Below the pieces are notes generated by a model that was not told where the DNA came from, ran no database searches, and was given only the letters and a program-made list of their open reading frames with translations. DNA of 64,000 bases from Pelomyxa schiedti (taxonomy: Eukaryota > Protista > Evosea), in contig JAHLWZ010000690.1 in assembly GCA_020536535.1 (NCBI GenBank), positions 17,496-81,495 on the forward strand, written 5' to 3'. Positions 11,317-30,068 of this stretch are shown here, in pieces. The stretch's first letter is position 1. Every line of letters starts with the position of its first letter. A program made the translations under genes and the position numbers.

Positions 11317-12356
11317 ATGAAGGTGGGTCCTCGTTCGTCGCAACATTCTCAGACACCACTCCCCATAAGTACTTAACGACAACAGAGGGGCATCGTAGTA
11401 TCCGGGCTGTGTGCCCTTATTGGTCTTGTTTGCGTAGCTGCCGCAGTCGAGGAAGCGGTGGTGATTGGAGAGGGGGCAGAGGCCAAGGAGGCCGGGATTA
11501 TGGGCGACGACCAGGCCGGCGTAATAATTAATGCGGAAGAGGGACTGAGGGCACACATTCTTGTTCGGAGGACCCTGGTGGAATCGGACGCCTACGTGAC
11601 TGGAAAGAACTTGACTGTGTCCCTCTTTGTGATCAACATAGGAAACGCGTGCGTATTACGATTATGGGTGGGAGGTACATTATAATAATTATAATTATAC
11701 TATGTCTACTTACTACTATAATCAATTCAGTTATCAATCATCCATCATCCATCATCCAAAAATCTAACTTTGCTCAGAGTAGCAAAAGAGGTAGAACTGT
11801 TGGAAGAATGGCCCAGCACTTGCAAACTCAGTGTTCCTGTTCCAATTGTTTTCACTACCATTGAGCCGTGTGTTTTCACATCCCTCTGCTCCATTTCTCA
11901 TTTCATTTGTTCCGAACAATATAAAGAGAGGAAGAAAAAAACATCACCTACTCCATTAACTGTGAGCAAGTTGGTGAATATGAAATCGCCCCAAGTAAAT
12001 TTACTTACCAACTCGACGGAAAGACCACCAAACTTGTGGTGTGTACAAGTAGCTCCTCATCCATAATTTTTGCACTCAAATTCTTGCAGCGTGGCCTCAC
12101 AACACCAATTGGCAAGGTAGTTATACAAGATGCAGCTGAGTATGCACACAGAACTAACCCAAGAAGGGTGTGTAGCTCTCTTTCCGTTTAGTAATTGTAT
12201 CTAACAGCCGCACAGGTGGAGTGGTTGGTATTTGTGATCATATGTGCACTTCTTGTTGGGGGTCCATTTGCGGGCTGGTCCTACTACCAACTCAAGTATG
12301 ACAATGGCAACAATGGCAACAGCAACCACAACAACAACAAACCACACAGAAGGTGA
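11317..12356 (+). CDS. SSR2: Translocon-associated protein subunit beta (TRAP-beta)
   Basis: 6-nt first exon, signal peptide, AHILVRRTLVESDAYVTGKNLTVSLFVINIGNAVAKEVEL, C-terminal TM EWLVFVIICALLVGGPFAGW. Confidence 0.8.
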
Positions 12357-13103
12357 CATTTTAAAAATAACCATTCTTCAAGTTTTGATTTCGTGTAAGT
12401 TGTTATTAACTATTTTGATCAGAATTTCTGCTGGCATCCTTGCCATGCCCTCATAATTGTGCCTCCGTGTAACAGGGGTCCCCCCCAGAATTGGCCCAAC
12501 CACTTTTGCAGGGTTGAAAACCCTGGGAAGCTCCAGTAGTACTACTCCGAAAGATGAAAAATTTCTATTTTGTTGGGAAGATCGAGATCAGTGGTGTAAA
12601 AAGGCGATGCGCGCACCAACAAAAGGAAACAAATCAACAGCAACAACTACGACAATCGCACAAGGGCACCATTCAATGGGGTCTGTCGTTGTGGTGTCAC
12701 AGGTCACACACACTGATCGGATCACTCGATGACGAACACCAGCCACGCCGTTGAACAGCCTGGGGGGCTGCAGGTCGGTAGGATTTCTGGGTGACCGTGG
12801 GGGGGGCGTCGGCGCCCCGCTTCGGACACATCCCTCCTCGCAAGGGGGGGGTGGCTGTCGCGGCTCCACCGGTTGCCTCTTGCCCGCAAAAATATCCAGG
12901 GCCCCACCCCATCCCCTCAATCCCTGTGGCTGGATCCCACGGCAACGCTGGCGGCTTGGCTTCCCTTGCTTCGGCTCCTCTCTGCTCACTTGCTCGCGCT
13001 GTGGCTTGTTTCTTCTTGTGGGATCTTACTTGCTTGCTGTTGATTTTTGAACTGACTCTCTGACGCCTCAAGAACGAACAAGTTGGGGTTGTGGGTGGCG
13101 CGG

Positions 13104-13411
13104 TGTTTCCCCCTTCGCCCGGGGGATCCACGTCCTCCCACACACCTCCTCTCGTTCCCTCTTTGGGGTTTGTGGATCTTGGTTCCCTGGCCCGGGAGCC
13201 CGGATCTGTTGTCTGTTGGGACAACTCAAATGAACCAGTCTGGGCATGTTTCCCCCTTGGCCCGGGGGATCCACGTCCCCCTCTTGTTCTTTTGGGGGGG
13301 GGGCCTTGTGGGATTCCTGAGCCTCATGGCCAGGGGGCTCAGAATCCCACTCGGCCCCCCTTGCTGTGTGTGGGATATTTGGGCTTGTGGCCACAGGCCC
13401 AAATATCCCAC
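13104..13411. repeat. GC-rich direct-repeat and palindrome block just upstream of tRNA-Gln
   Basis: 32-bp direct repeat (13104-13135 and 13247-13278, 1 mismatch), hairpin ~13299-13358, 42-bp near-perfect palindrome 13370-13411. Confidence 0.8.
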
Positions 13412-13444
13412 TCCGGTTGTCCTTCTCGGTTCAATTCTCCAATC

Positions 13445-13516
13445 GTGTCAGTGGTGAAACGGTTATCATCACAGCTCTTGAAGCTGTTGTTCCGGGTTCA
13501 ATTCCCGGCTGACACT
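13445..13516 (+). tRNA. tRNA-Gln(TTG), 72 nt, with C at position 33
   Basis: GTGTCAG/CTGACAC acceptor, GTGA/TCAT D stem, ACAGC/GCTGT anticodon stem with loop TC-TTG-AA, CCGGG TTCAATT CCCGG T arm, discriminator T. Confidence 0.9.
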
Positions 13517-13725
13517 TATACCTTCAGTGTCTGTTTATACTTTCCTATTCCTGCAGGTTTGAAACAATCTTATAGGCAAACTGATTCATATTACTTTGTT
13601 ACGGATTCATACTTGCTCTGGAATAACTTCCTACAGATGAATAGTATTTTTGCCACACCTACTTTGCACGAATACAACAAGTGTCATAACTTGCCAGCAC
13701 CGCAACTATGACGAATTCCCCTGCT

Positions 13726-13801
13726 AACGGTTATTATCATAACAGTTGTCTCTCCCGGAGCTGTTGTGCTGTTGTTCCGGGTTCAATTCACGGCTGAGAC
13801 T
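13726..13801 (+). pseudogene. Degenerate copy of tRNA-Gln from a local tandem duplication
   Basis: Shares AACGGTTA..ATCAT, GCTGTTGTTCCGGGTTCAATTC.CGGCTGA.ACT with the tRNA; 5' acceptor strand lost, anticodon arm disrupted; downstream flank also similar. Confidence 0.75.
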
Positions 13802-14476
13802 TATATCTCTTTCTATCTATTATTGTATGTTTTTTAACTTTACCACCTTCCTGATCACTAGGTTCTGATCTTTACGGCAAGCTGATTTCTGATTCACATT
13901 GTACTGTATAATTATATCATCAATGAATGTTTTGTCATCAGGTTATGGATATGAAAGACTTACCTTGCCCGAATACAGCAAGTTTGGCAGAATTTTTTCC
14001 TCCAGTAGATTTCACTTTTATACTGACGCACAAGTTTGTACTCACGCTACATAGCAACACACTTATATGGTAACGATTTAGAAAACTAATATGAGGGGTC
14101 CTCTATAGGAGGACTACTGCGTTCTCCAGAATTGATCAGGAAAAAAAGCTGGTAGTGAGAACAAAGCCCTGGAGTAATTCTAAGCACTTCATTGGATTTT
14201 ATTTAAAACACTTTCAGGTGGATAGCTTTTTGTTTATTTATTTATTGGCTACGGGGATGGAATGGTGTGGTTTGAAGATGTGAAGGTGGAAAAGGAACCG
14301 GTCCGCAGCCCACTTGTGGCTCATCATCAATTCGGTTAAAGCGATGTTTTTCGTCAGTTCCGGGAAGTCCAAATCACAAAATCTCAAAAGAACAACCAAC
14401 AAAGAACAAACTACAACAGACAGTTGTTATCTGTTATACGTTACCTGCCCGGCCCATCCACCCGCCAATAAATAGT

Positions 14477-17400
14477 ATGAGCGACGATGGCGGAGGAGTC
14501 GATTATGGGGGAGGCACCCTCAAAATGATGATGGGACAAGCCCACCGCTACAACTCACGGTCCCCGTCCCCTTCCCCGGCGCAGCCACCATCAACAAACA
14601 ACGGCAACTCGGCTTCATCAACACCATCCACGAGCAGGGAACCAGTGTCAACGTCATTGATGGGGAGAGACCTCAGGGTCAGCAGCGGGGGTGGCGGTGG
14701 CGGCGACGGAGGGAGAGGCAATGCGAGTGGTGATTATGGGAGCAAAAGTAATGAGGGGGACGCAAATGCGGCACAGCTATCACAAAATTCACAACCTCAG
14801 TCAAATGAATCCAATCCACAATCGCAATCACAATCAACTTCCTCAGCATCAAAGGAGAAAAGTGCCAAACAGAAGCAACCAAAGTGGCTTGTCACTCCAT
14901 TTGGCACTTTTGTGTGTTTGTGCTCCTCACTTTCCTTTTTTGGCTTGGAATTGATTCTGACCCGGATTTTTTATGAAATAGATTTTTGGAGACCTTATTG
15001 GGCGCGGGGCACAATCCAAAGTTTTCCGTGCCATGAGCACTGCTGGAACGTTTGTGGCAGTTAAAAAAATAAACACTATAGGTGTTGATCCTGCCATACT
15101 AGATGCTGTGAAGGTTCAACCTTTTGTTTTCTTGGTTTTTTTTGTTAATAGTGATCCAGAGAGAAGTTCAAATCCTCCAAATGGTTGAACATCCAAATAT
15201 CATCAAGGTCATTGGACTCCACAAGACACCCAAGAGTCTATGTCTTGTACTAGAGTAAATCCCACTTGAAATAGCTTTATAGTGTAACTAATGTCAACAC
15301 CAAACAAGGTACGCTGAAAATGGCTCCCTAGATAGGTTATTGAAGGAGTTCTCAGCATTACCGGAGCCTCTCGTTCTTGCTTTTGCAAAGCAGGTGTGTT
15401 ATTATCCAAGTGTGTTAGTTTCTAACCGCATTTTAGATCCTCAGTGCCTTGGCATGTCTTCATGCAAAAAATATTATCCATAGAGATATTAAAGCAGGGA
15501 ATTGCCTTGTATCCAAAGTAGTGCGAACTATGTTGAATATAAGTGATAATCTTCTCTTAGGATGGGTCTATCAAACTGGCCGATTTTGGCATATCTACGG
15601 TCATGCAGAATGATAACAAAAATTTTTCCCTTGTAGGAAGTCCGTTTTGGAGTACGTGCACTCTAATCTTGTTTCCATTAAATAAATACAGTGGCCCCTG
15701 AGGTTATTCAAAATAATGGTCATAACACATTGTCCGATATTTGGTATACAACCTTTCTTATTCGATGATTGATCTAATACAACAAAGGAGTCTGGGCATA
15801 ACAATATATGAATTAATTACGGGGAATCCGCCCTTCTATGAGTTATTCCTCCTCCATGACACTTTGCACCTTTATTCATTCTCTCCAGGGGAAGTGGTTT
15901 CAATGCTATGTTTCGAATAACTCAATGTGACATTCCCTCCCCAACCAACTGTTCAACTGTATGTAAACCGGTGAAGAGTATAAAACTCAGCAACGACATT
16001 AGGAACTTCAAGATTTCCTTAAGTTGGCGCTGCAAAAAGATCCTAAAGATAGGCCAAGTGCTAGCAAACTGGCCCTCCACCCCTGGATCACAGGAGACAA
16101 GAGCGTCGGTTCTGTAACCTCACTGATTCAATTGCAAGAGATAGAAAGGCTACAACAAGAAGAAGAACAAAGAAAAGAGCAACAGAGACAGCTACAAGAA
16201 CAGAGAAGACAAGCTCAACTGCGGCAATCTATGGAATTACGAAAGTCAAGGGATCAGAGCGCTGGAGCCCAGGAATCACCAGTACTTTTGATTTCCACAT
16301 GTCTTTTCTGAGAATTTGCAGCAAGATATGTATGATAGCTTGAGATCATCAGGCCTACCCAGGGTTGATAACATTCTAGCCACACTCCTTGATCCAAGCT
16401 TAAAAAAAGGAGATGCGCAAGTGATGTATCTTTCTTTGTTTTCCTCACCGAGCTCTCACCTCGTTCAGACATGACACCAACTCTGCAGAACGTAGAACAC
16501 AACGGCCAAGTGCCCCTCCTCAATGTTTCAAACTTGATATTCGTGGAGTTGAGGAGTACAATCCAGGAGAGATTCCATCATCCACTTCTGCTTTCACTCC
16601 ACCTAGCCCCCTTTTACCCAAAGTTCCTGCCCCTGCATCAGCTCTAAAATTACCTACGTTCTCAGCTCACAGTATTGTCTCCCCACACACAAGACATTCC
16701 AGTCACACCCCACCACAAGTCCCTGCCCTCCAGCTCAATCTACTGGGATCTAATCCACCCCCAACTTCTCCTCCACCAGAGCAACAACCAAAAGTTGTGC
16801 AGCATCCCCTTTCAGCAGTACAGCCCTCTTTGCAACGCATACCATCATCAAACCGTGTTCGTAGCCCTGCATTAGCAGAGTTTACTAATTCTCCACGTCA
16901 GCGCGCTCCAAGCGGCGTTCCACCTGGATACAATCCACCATCGCAACCACGCACACCCTTTGTTAATACACCTTCATCACAACCTAGCCCTGTGCCTTTT
17001 TCCCCAAGACAGTCAAATCCATCCGGAGCCCATCTTCCCATTTATGTTAATCCCAGCATCACCCCCTCAGCAGTAGCTGCAAGTATATTTCGTGCACCCT
17101 CGCCTACTTCTTCAGCACTTGTAGCCAATATTCTTAGAGGTCCAACACCCGATTCCTCACGCAGGCGCCACATTTCAATGGCTACACCACCTTCCACAGC
17201 CCCTAAGAAACCTCCTGAGGAAAGTCGCCCGGCTTCAGCTTCCCCACCCCCTGAAAAAAAACCTGACAAAGGAAAACGGCACCATCATCACAAGCACGAA
17301 CATCACCATCATCACACCCCTGAAATAACTAAACCCGACATTCCTGCGCCCCACCACATGCGAAAACGCAGCCAGACATGTGCGATAACTCCCCCTGCTT

Positions 17401-19945
17401 CATCAGATAGAAATAAGTCTCCTCGACGGGCCTCTGTCGAAGGAAGTACTGTAGATATGAAGGCAACTGTAGAAGAACCCGTGATGGAGAAGGCAGCACG
17501 AACTGAAACACCATATATAGAACACATTGTATGTATTTCGTTATTGCGTACATCTCCTTACTCGTGGACATAAAAAAAAGTCGGAGACACAGTTAGAACA
17601 GCAAGTTATGAAGATGAAAGAATACCTTGCCAACGTTGGGCGAGACAGAGCTCCTTCGTATCCTTCTATTCAAATCAAGGCAAGATTAATATACTCTCAC
17701 TCACACCTCTTAACATGTTGTAGCCTCATCTTGTGCTCTCACTTGAACCTGCTATGGTGAAACAAGTACCCTGCTCCAGAATATGGTCTCTGCTCCTTGT
17801 GAAGGGGGTTGCCTGGGTTCGTTTCCTTGCTATATCGGAAAGCTAACTGAATAACGAAACGACTACAGGTAGGTGGCGGCGAAGGAACTGTATTACTATG
17901 GGAGGCAGAGACTTTCAATCAATTTAGTGTTGTTCAACTACATGACACGCGAGTGTACTGTATGCTATTGGTAGGTGATTGCGTTTATGTGAGTTCTGAA
18001 GAGGCATTTATCTTTATCGTATCTGCTCAGGTACCCTCCAATCCGCTAAATCCCGCTAAATCTCTTTAGAGTCTAGCCTTTCACAAAGTTAAAGTCCATG
18101 ACAAAGGCCACGCAGTAATTAAGTGCATGGTTCCAGTTTCAAGTTCTACCCAAAGTGGCATTGCTGTGAGCAGTACCGGCGAGCTTTCTGGGCTTGGCTC
18201 TGGTGGTGCTGCTCCACATGTTTGGAGCTTTGGCTGCGGAATGAGTGGCACCCAGATATCAATTCTCTATGTGCGGTTTAAATACATTGTGTTATATTAA
18301 CCTGACTGTTACCAGAAAAATAAGCTGCACGGGCAAATCTCATTGCCTCATCAAGTCAATTGCGTTTGCGTTCAAGATAATACAGTCTGGATGGGGTGCT
18401 ATGGTGATCTAGTGTACATTCCAAATGCTAGCAACTTCAACTTTACTGGCTCTGGAGTTGTTGAAGTCAAAGAAAGCGATTTGCACCTTAAACAACTATC
18501 TTTCTCACGCAGAAGGAAAGTTGGATCAATCATCTCAGTCGGTGTGCACATTCTCGCAGCTTGTGGGAATTCCATTTTTATATGTCATCAGGGGACGATA
18601 GTGGGTTATCCATTTATTTTGGTTGAAATTCACTTTGACCTAGGTCAATGAAATCAAGCAAGAGTCCGAAATAGAGCGACTATGCCTATTTCAAAACCTC
18701 ATCTTATCATGTCACTTCAACGGAACTATTGCATGCTGGGATCCCATCTGCAATTATCGCCAAGTGAGAGTTCTGAGTTTCCCCCAATCCCCTACCACAG
18801 CAAGTACAGCACCAACAGCATCAGCAAGCTCAACTGACAAACCTGGTATGAAAAAGGAAACCACATCAGCTGAGTCAGCTGACCCAAACTTTGGCTGCGG
18901 AAAACGGTTGGCAACAGTATTCCCAGACATGTACTCTTCCCGATTTGGGGAATGCGGAGTGAAGTCCATCCTGCCCGTCGTTCTGGAGGACAGCGCCGCA
19001 ATCTGGGCCGGGAATACAGGCAACCTCCTGTGTGTCTGGAGACCCAGCCTTCCCCCATCCCTGATAGCCAGTGCCAGTGTCGGCCCCGGGTGTGGCTCCA
19101 CAGCCAACCCCAGCTTCCGCGCCCTGACCTCCACGGCCACAAACCCCCGGCTCTTCGCCAACCCACTTAACCCCTTAGCTGTGCCCGCACCCCCGGTGTT
19201 CCCAATCAGCGGCGAGTTTTCCTCCTCGACAGCTCCGCAAACCCCCCGGCAATCAGCAGCAACGCCATCACTCTTTTCAAACCAGCCTCCTCCGTGCTCC
19301 CCGCGGCTCAACAACGCCAACGCCAACACCACCAGCACCAACAACAGCACCTACCCTGACAGCATAGCCAGAACTCCCATGCTTCTCCCCCCTCCCAAGA
19401 AGGATAACAACACCCGGACACCAACACCCAGCCTCAACCCACCAGCCAAGTCCCCAAGGCGCATAAAATCACCCACTGTTCTCCCCTCCCCTTCCCCGCA
19501 TGTAGGTGGTGGAGCCAGCGGAAGTTCCGCGGACGAATCCGACATCAAGCACCACCACCGGCACCATCACCACCACAACAACAGCAACGAACACAACACA
19601 ACAGCAACAGCTGCAGCGACAGGCACCACCACCACCAGCAACAACAACAACAACGGAAGCAGTAACCACCGGCACAAGCACCGGCACAACCAGAACAACA
19701 ACCAGTCGGCATCACCAACCCCGTCGCCGTCGCCGTCCCCAACACCATCACCAACACCGTCGCCGGTTCCATCGGAATCATTCGGCAGTTGCGGCGGCAG
19801 TGGGCACCCACCTGGTTCCGCATCACCTATAGCAACCACAACAACAACCACAACCACAGTGATAACACAAACATCAGTCACATCCACGGCAGTGATTGCA
19901 CTAGCTCCGCAGACTCCCCGTGGAGTTACGGGAAGAAGGATTTAG
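14477..19945 (+). CDS. STE-group (Cdc15/SepA-like) Ser/Thr kinase with Pro/Ser linker and beta-propeller-like C-terminal region
   Basis: LIGRGAQSKVF, VAVKK, EYAENGSL, IHRDIKAGN, KLADFG, VGSPFWMAPEVI, SDIWSLG; WD-like VWMGC and AWVGGGEG; contains a GC-AG intron 17680-17723. Confidence 0.88.
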
Positions 19946-20126
19946 TGTGTATGTGTGCATACAGTGTAAGCCAAAACAACCAATCACCACAACACAAACC
20001 ACAGCGTGGACTATTGAGTGTGTTTCGTTTTTGTGTTCCGGATAAGAAACAACTACAAGTATCACTTTTCTCGTCATCAAGAAAAACCAGAAAGCAACAA
20101 CAAGGAATCAACGGTTCGGTTTGAAA

Positions 20127-22075
20127 ATGGACAACAACCAACCAAGTATTCCTACAACAACGAGTGGTGATAGTGGTACTGCAAGCCCTATCAGTTTCGT
20201 TTCTGAGGAACAACCACAAAATACTACTTACAATACTTGTGCTGATGCAAAACCCATCAACCATGCGCGTATGATATTGGGGCTGGCCCATGTTCTCTGG
20301 TTCACAGTGATACCGAGGTCATTCCCTGCACTCGGGTTGGCTATTCCTTATTCCACAATTGATTTTTTTACTAGTTTGTTTGTAGTTCCAGTGACATTGG
20401 GGAATTGATTTCCTGGGGCACTGCTATATTCCCACTGAAGTGCTTGGTTGCTAAAACCATCATGAAACTTGTTGGCCCAATCCTTGCCGTGGAGAAGTGC
20501 GCAGAACACTCCTACCCTGGAACAGCACCCATGGTTCTGACTATAATACGCAATGCTGACACTGAACAACCTGAGGCATCACTACTACAACGAGGAACTG
20601 GCACTACTACTGCACTAAGTGTGATAGGTAACCCAAAGTTAACATACTTGGCGGAAACGGCACTGAAGAGTGCTGTGACACATGACAGGTTGGAAGTTGT
20701 GGCAGCTCTGATTGAGAGACTCGAGATACCGCGAGATGTATTGGGCAAAATACTTCGGGCGGCCATTTACAATTTCAATCCTGGAATCGCACAGTGGATT
20801 GTAGAGCACCTGAATATGTCCTACCTGGAATTTTGCCAGCATGCTCCTGAAGGGCCAGTGTCATCAGGCCGCAATATTTCTTTTGGAAGCTGGCTTGTAC
20901 AGAGGTACCATGATTCCATAACTTCTCCATTTCCGCACTGGATTCCAAAATTCCTGTGTACTTGCTGCTCTGAAGTCAGGCTTGACCTGGCTAAACTGGT
21001 GACCTCATATCTGCCTTCCCTTGTGGAGTGCAACCCATCAGACCGGCTTAAGGGAATGGTTGCATTGAGTTCCGCATACAAAAGCAAAATAGAGTTTGCA
21101 GAGTGGTACATACAGAAATATTCTATTTGGGAAATTGCCACACATGAGCGTATCATCGAAATCTATTTAGCTGCCTCTTCTGCGACTGACATTGAATACC
21201 TGGTCTGGTTGAAATCAGCACCAAAGAAAGAAGATCTGCCTCAGAACGATGTGATGGCATTTTTATGGATGACCATGGCTGAAGGTAATGCTAAAGTAGT
21301 GAATTGGATAACAGAGACATGGAAAATAACTGCTGTTCCATCAGTAATACCCAAAATTACTTCCTCACAATACCGGCTTCCATACAATGCACTGGCAGGT
21401 CTGGAAACCATCTGCAAAGTTGGAAACCTTGATATCGCTAAGAGAGCCAGCAACCTCTTTGATATGAGTCCGAGAGGTGTGTGCCGTTCTGAAATCGATG
21501 TGCACTTGCTTGTTTTCACAGCCTGCTGCTATGGTCATTTGGAACTCGCAAAGTGGCTTACTTCAGAAGCACCATTCAGCATGATATCCAGCACAAGGGA
21601 TTTCCTGGATGATGTACTTGGAGAGATATGCATAAACCACACCGATACAAAGCCAGAGGTAATCACCTGGCTGTGCCAGTTCATGGAGAACCCATGTCTG
21701 AAAGTAGAGCACGCTGTGGCGCAGTGTGGGTGGATATGTGCATACACCGTGGCCGAAGCCGGCAGGCTGACACCACCCCCTTCTGTGGCCATTGCCTCAG
21801 AGGAGCTGTGGAGGAGGGCTGTTGAGGACTGGGAGTTGTTCCTAGGGAGGCTGGTGTTCGCCTTTGTGAAGAGTCCAGACGACCTAAGGTTGGTGGTTGG
21901 GGAAGGGCACGGGGGCTGCAGGGGAATGTCAAGAATCCCAATGAGAGACATGGTATGGAAGCTGCTGAATAAAAGAATGTTGACCAAGAACCACCTTGAG
22001 ACTGCCTTTATGTTTGCACCCCCAAATTCCAAACAAGCACGGTGGCTCCGGGCTGAACTCCAAAGGCTGGAATAA
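20127..22075 (+). CDS. Hypothetical protein with degenerate ankyrin-like repeats
   Basis: 556-aa ORF plus upstream exon; ACCYGHLELAKWL, ICKVGNLDIAK, EGNAKVVNWI. Confidence 0.7.
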
Positions 22076-22120
22076 AGAAGCAATCCTATTCACATAAAAT
22101 TTGCCAAAACAAAAAAAAAA

Positions 22121-24358
22121 ATGCACGGCGAGAGGCACAGGCAGCACTGTGTGATACTCACCGAGACGGACACCGAGTGGTTGTTCTCACGAGACACGGT
22201 GTGGGTGGCGGACGGGGGAGTTGGGGCCCACGGGAGGCGGGGCGGACCCACTGCCCCTTTTGGGCGCCGTCACCACCCCGGGGTGGATTGTGGGACGCCG
22301 CGCGGCGCCGACGAGGGTGCAAATGCGAATTCGGGGAATGCGGACGCTGTGGGGGTGGGTGTGGGTGGCGCCGACGCCGGAATTGTGGGACTTGGGGCCG
22401 GGGACTTGGTTTCCGTCCAGTCACAGACTGACATTGTGTGGACAAAAGACAGGTGCGTGAATACAACCCCGGCCGCCGTCCGTGATGCCTGTGTTGGCGT
22501 CGACGAGTGCAAATTGTGGGAGTACTCTAGAAATGAATCAACTGAGGATTATGCTGCTTCCGGAGAGACAGGGGAATCCTGCACCCATAATTTTCTGGGG
22601 CAAGGCACAGCAAATGGCAGCCATTTGAGGCTGATGCACGAGTTGAATAAAAGTAGAGGAGAATGGTTGTGCGTGGACAACGCCTCACTCCCAATGCATG
22701 AAATGGAGAGGGAAGCTTACCGGCGGAGAGAAGCTGATTTACTCCGCGGGTCCCGTGCCGATTTTGTTTCCAAGATATCTATTATCGAGAGAATGACACT
22801 GCAGGCTACGGAACATGAATTGCAGGTTGCATTTAAAGGGGGGAGAATACCGGAGGGATGGCTACTGCCCAATAGCCATGATGAAGAAACAGACCCTGCC
22901 TATCTAAACCTCAACACACCCATTCCAACTCTATTCGAAATTACCTCACAGGCCGAACGCTTTGCCCAGCATTGTATGATAAGTTTGTGGAAATATGAGC
23001 AAAAACAGAGTCTCAAAGTTCCTCGTCAAGTTTCTTGTATGTCCTGGAATGCCTTTCATAAAGTACAGTAAGATCAAGCTATTGATTTTGGAGATACTTA
23101 CCATTTTCCAAGGAAATGGTCGCCGTATCCTATGTTCCCCGGAATTCTGTTTCCGGTCCAACACCTGGTGTGATTCTTGTGTGGTCTGCAAGCAATTCTC
23201 AGTATCCACTTTTATCACTACATGCCCGGAACTCAGTTTTATCGTTGGCCTTCTCGACTCTTCACCCAGCTTTACTCGCTGGTGGCCTTGAGGATGGCTC
23301 AATCGCAGTATTCGACCTTCGCGCAACACCTTCTGGCCTTTATTCTTGTGTATCCAGTCCTATCACACATAGCTCTGCTGTGTGGGAAGTTCTCTGGGTG
23401 GAAAGAGGTATTGAAGGAGAGTACCTCGTATGTACCGGTTTCCTGTAGCGGTGCTTGCTAACAACTACAATCAGCTCTCTGCTGGCGCCGACGGCAAGGT
23501 TAACAAGTGGACATATTCCCAAGGTATTCTTTGCTTGAATGCACCCTAAAAAAGTACAATACACGTACCCTATCTCTTTCCAATCTGACGCACGAACGAT
23601 AGGTGTTATTTCTCACGTGGAAGTTATTACCCGGTTTCCAAATGTTCCCAATACGTTCAAAACGCATGGGCTGACGAAATCTCACTTCCCACAATCTACA
23701 TTACTGGCCAGTCATGCCGGTGTACTTTGCCTGGACGTGCACCCAGTACACAAAAATGTAGTCCCTCCTCCCCACTTAATCTAAAAAAAAAAAATTAAAT
23801 CTGATTTAATAACCCCATTCAGGTGATAATCGTCGGAACCGAAAGCGGTGTTTGCTTCAAGTACGTGAATCCCTACCAGCCAGTTCCCTACGCGGGGCAC
23901 ACAGCTCCCATAACCGCCTGTAAGTGGTCGCACTTTGAGGAGCATGTATTCGCCTCGTGCGGAGGTGACTGGCGCGTTTGCCTGTGGGATTGCAACAGCC
24001 CGTCCGCTCCCCTCACTGTGCTCAATATATCCAATACATTCCCTCCCACAGACCTTTGCTGGTACAAACAAGAACAGCACACTATCGCCGTATCTGTTGG
24101 GAATTCCGTCCAGCTTTGGAACACTTCCAAATCCACGTATCATATCTCTACAATACATTGATACCAAAAATCACTCACCCCCTTCCCAGGTTGGATCCCT
24201 TTGCCATCAAGAAATTTACCTCGCAAGTATCTCGGGTTCTATTCTCCAACCACTACCCGGTTCTACTAGTAGCCACAACAAATGGCGCAATCCACGTGGT
24301 CAGGATGCTATCTCCCCTTGTACAACTACAACAACAGAACAACACCGACTCGCTCTAA
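22121..24358 (+). CDS. Axonemal dynein intermediate chain, WD40 (DNAI4/WDR78 or DNAI1-like)
   Basis: IIERMTLQ, LWKY...VSCMSWN, GVILVWS..N.QYP, LLAGGLEDGSIAVFDLR, HSSAVWEVLW, YAGHTAPITACKWS..FASCGGDWRVCLW. Confidence 0.8.
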
Positions 24359-24647
24359 ATACCCACACTAAACCATAATTCACTTGTTTGGTTGTGTTTC
24401 GTATTATGCTACATTTGCAAAAAAAAAAAAAAAAAGCACACGCAACACTTCCTTCAGGTCTTCCTTTTCAACACCAACACCACGCACGCGTGGGAATTAT
24501 GGCTTTGAAGGGCACACTTACAAAACCCAAGGAAAGCTGACAAGGAATAAATGGGCATTAATAACTCATCAACTTATGGTTTCCTTGTGAAGGAGAAGCT
24601 GTGGGTACATTTTTGTTTGTTATGTTTTGTTTTCGTTTTATTTTTTT

Positions 24648-29979
<5,332 letters not shown>

Positions 29980-30068
29980 GGTCTTTTTTTTTCCTTTTCG
30001 TTGCTTCGGTACTGTTGGTTCCCAGTAGACAACCTCAGCCACCGGAATATGGGTTCCTGTTAAAATGC

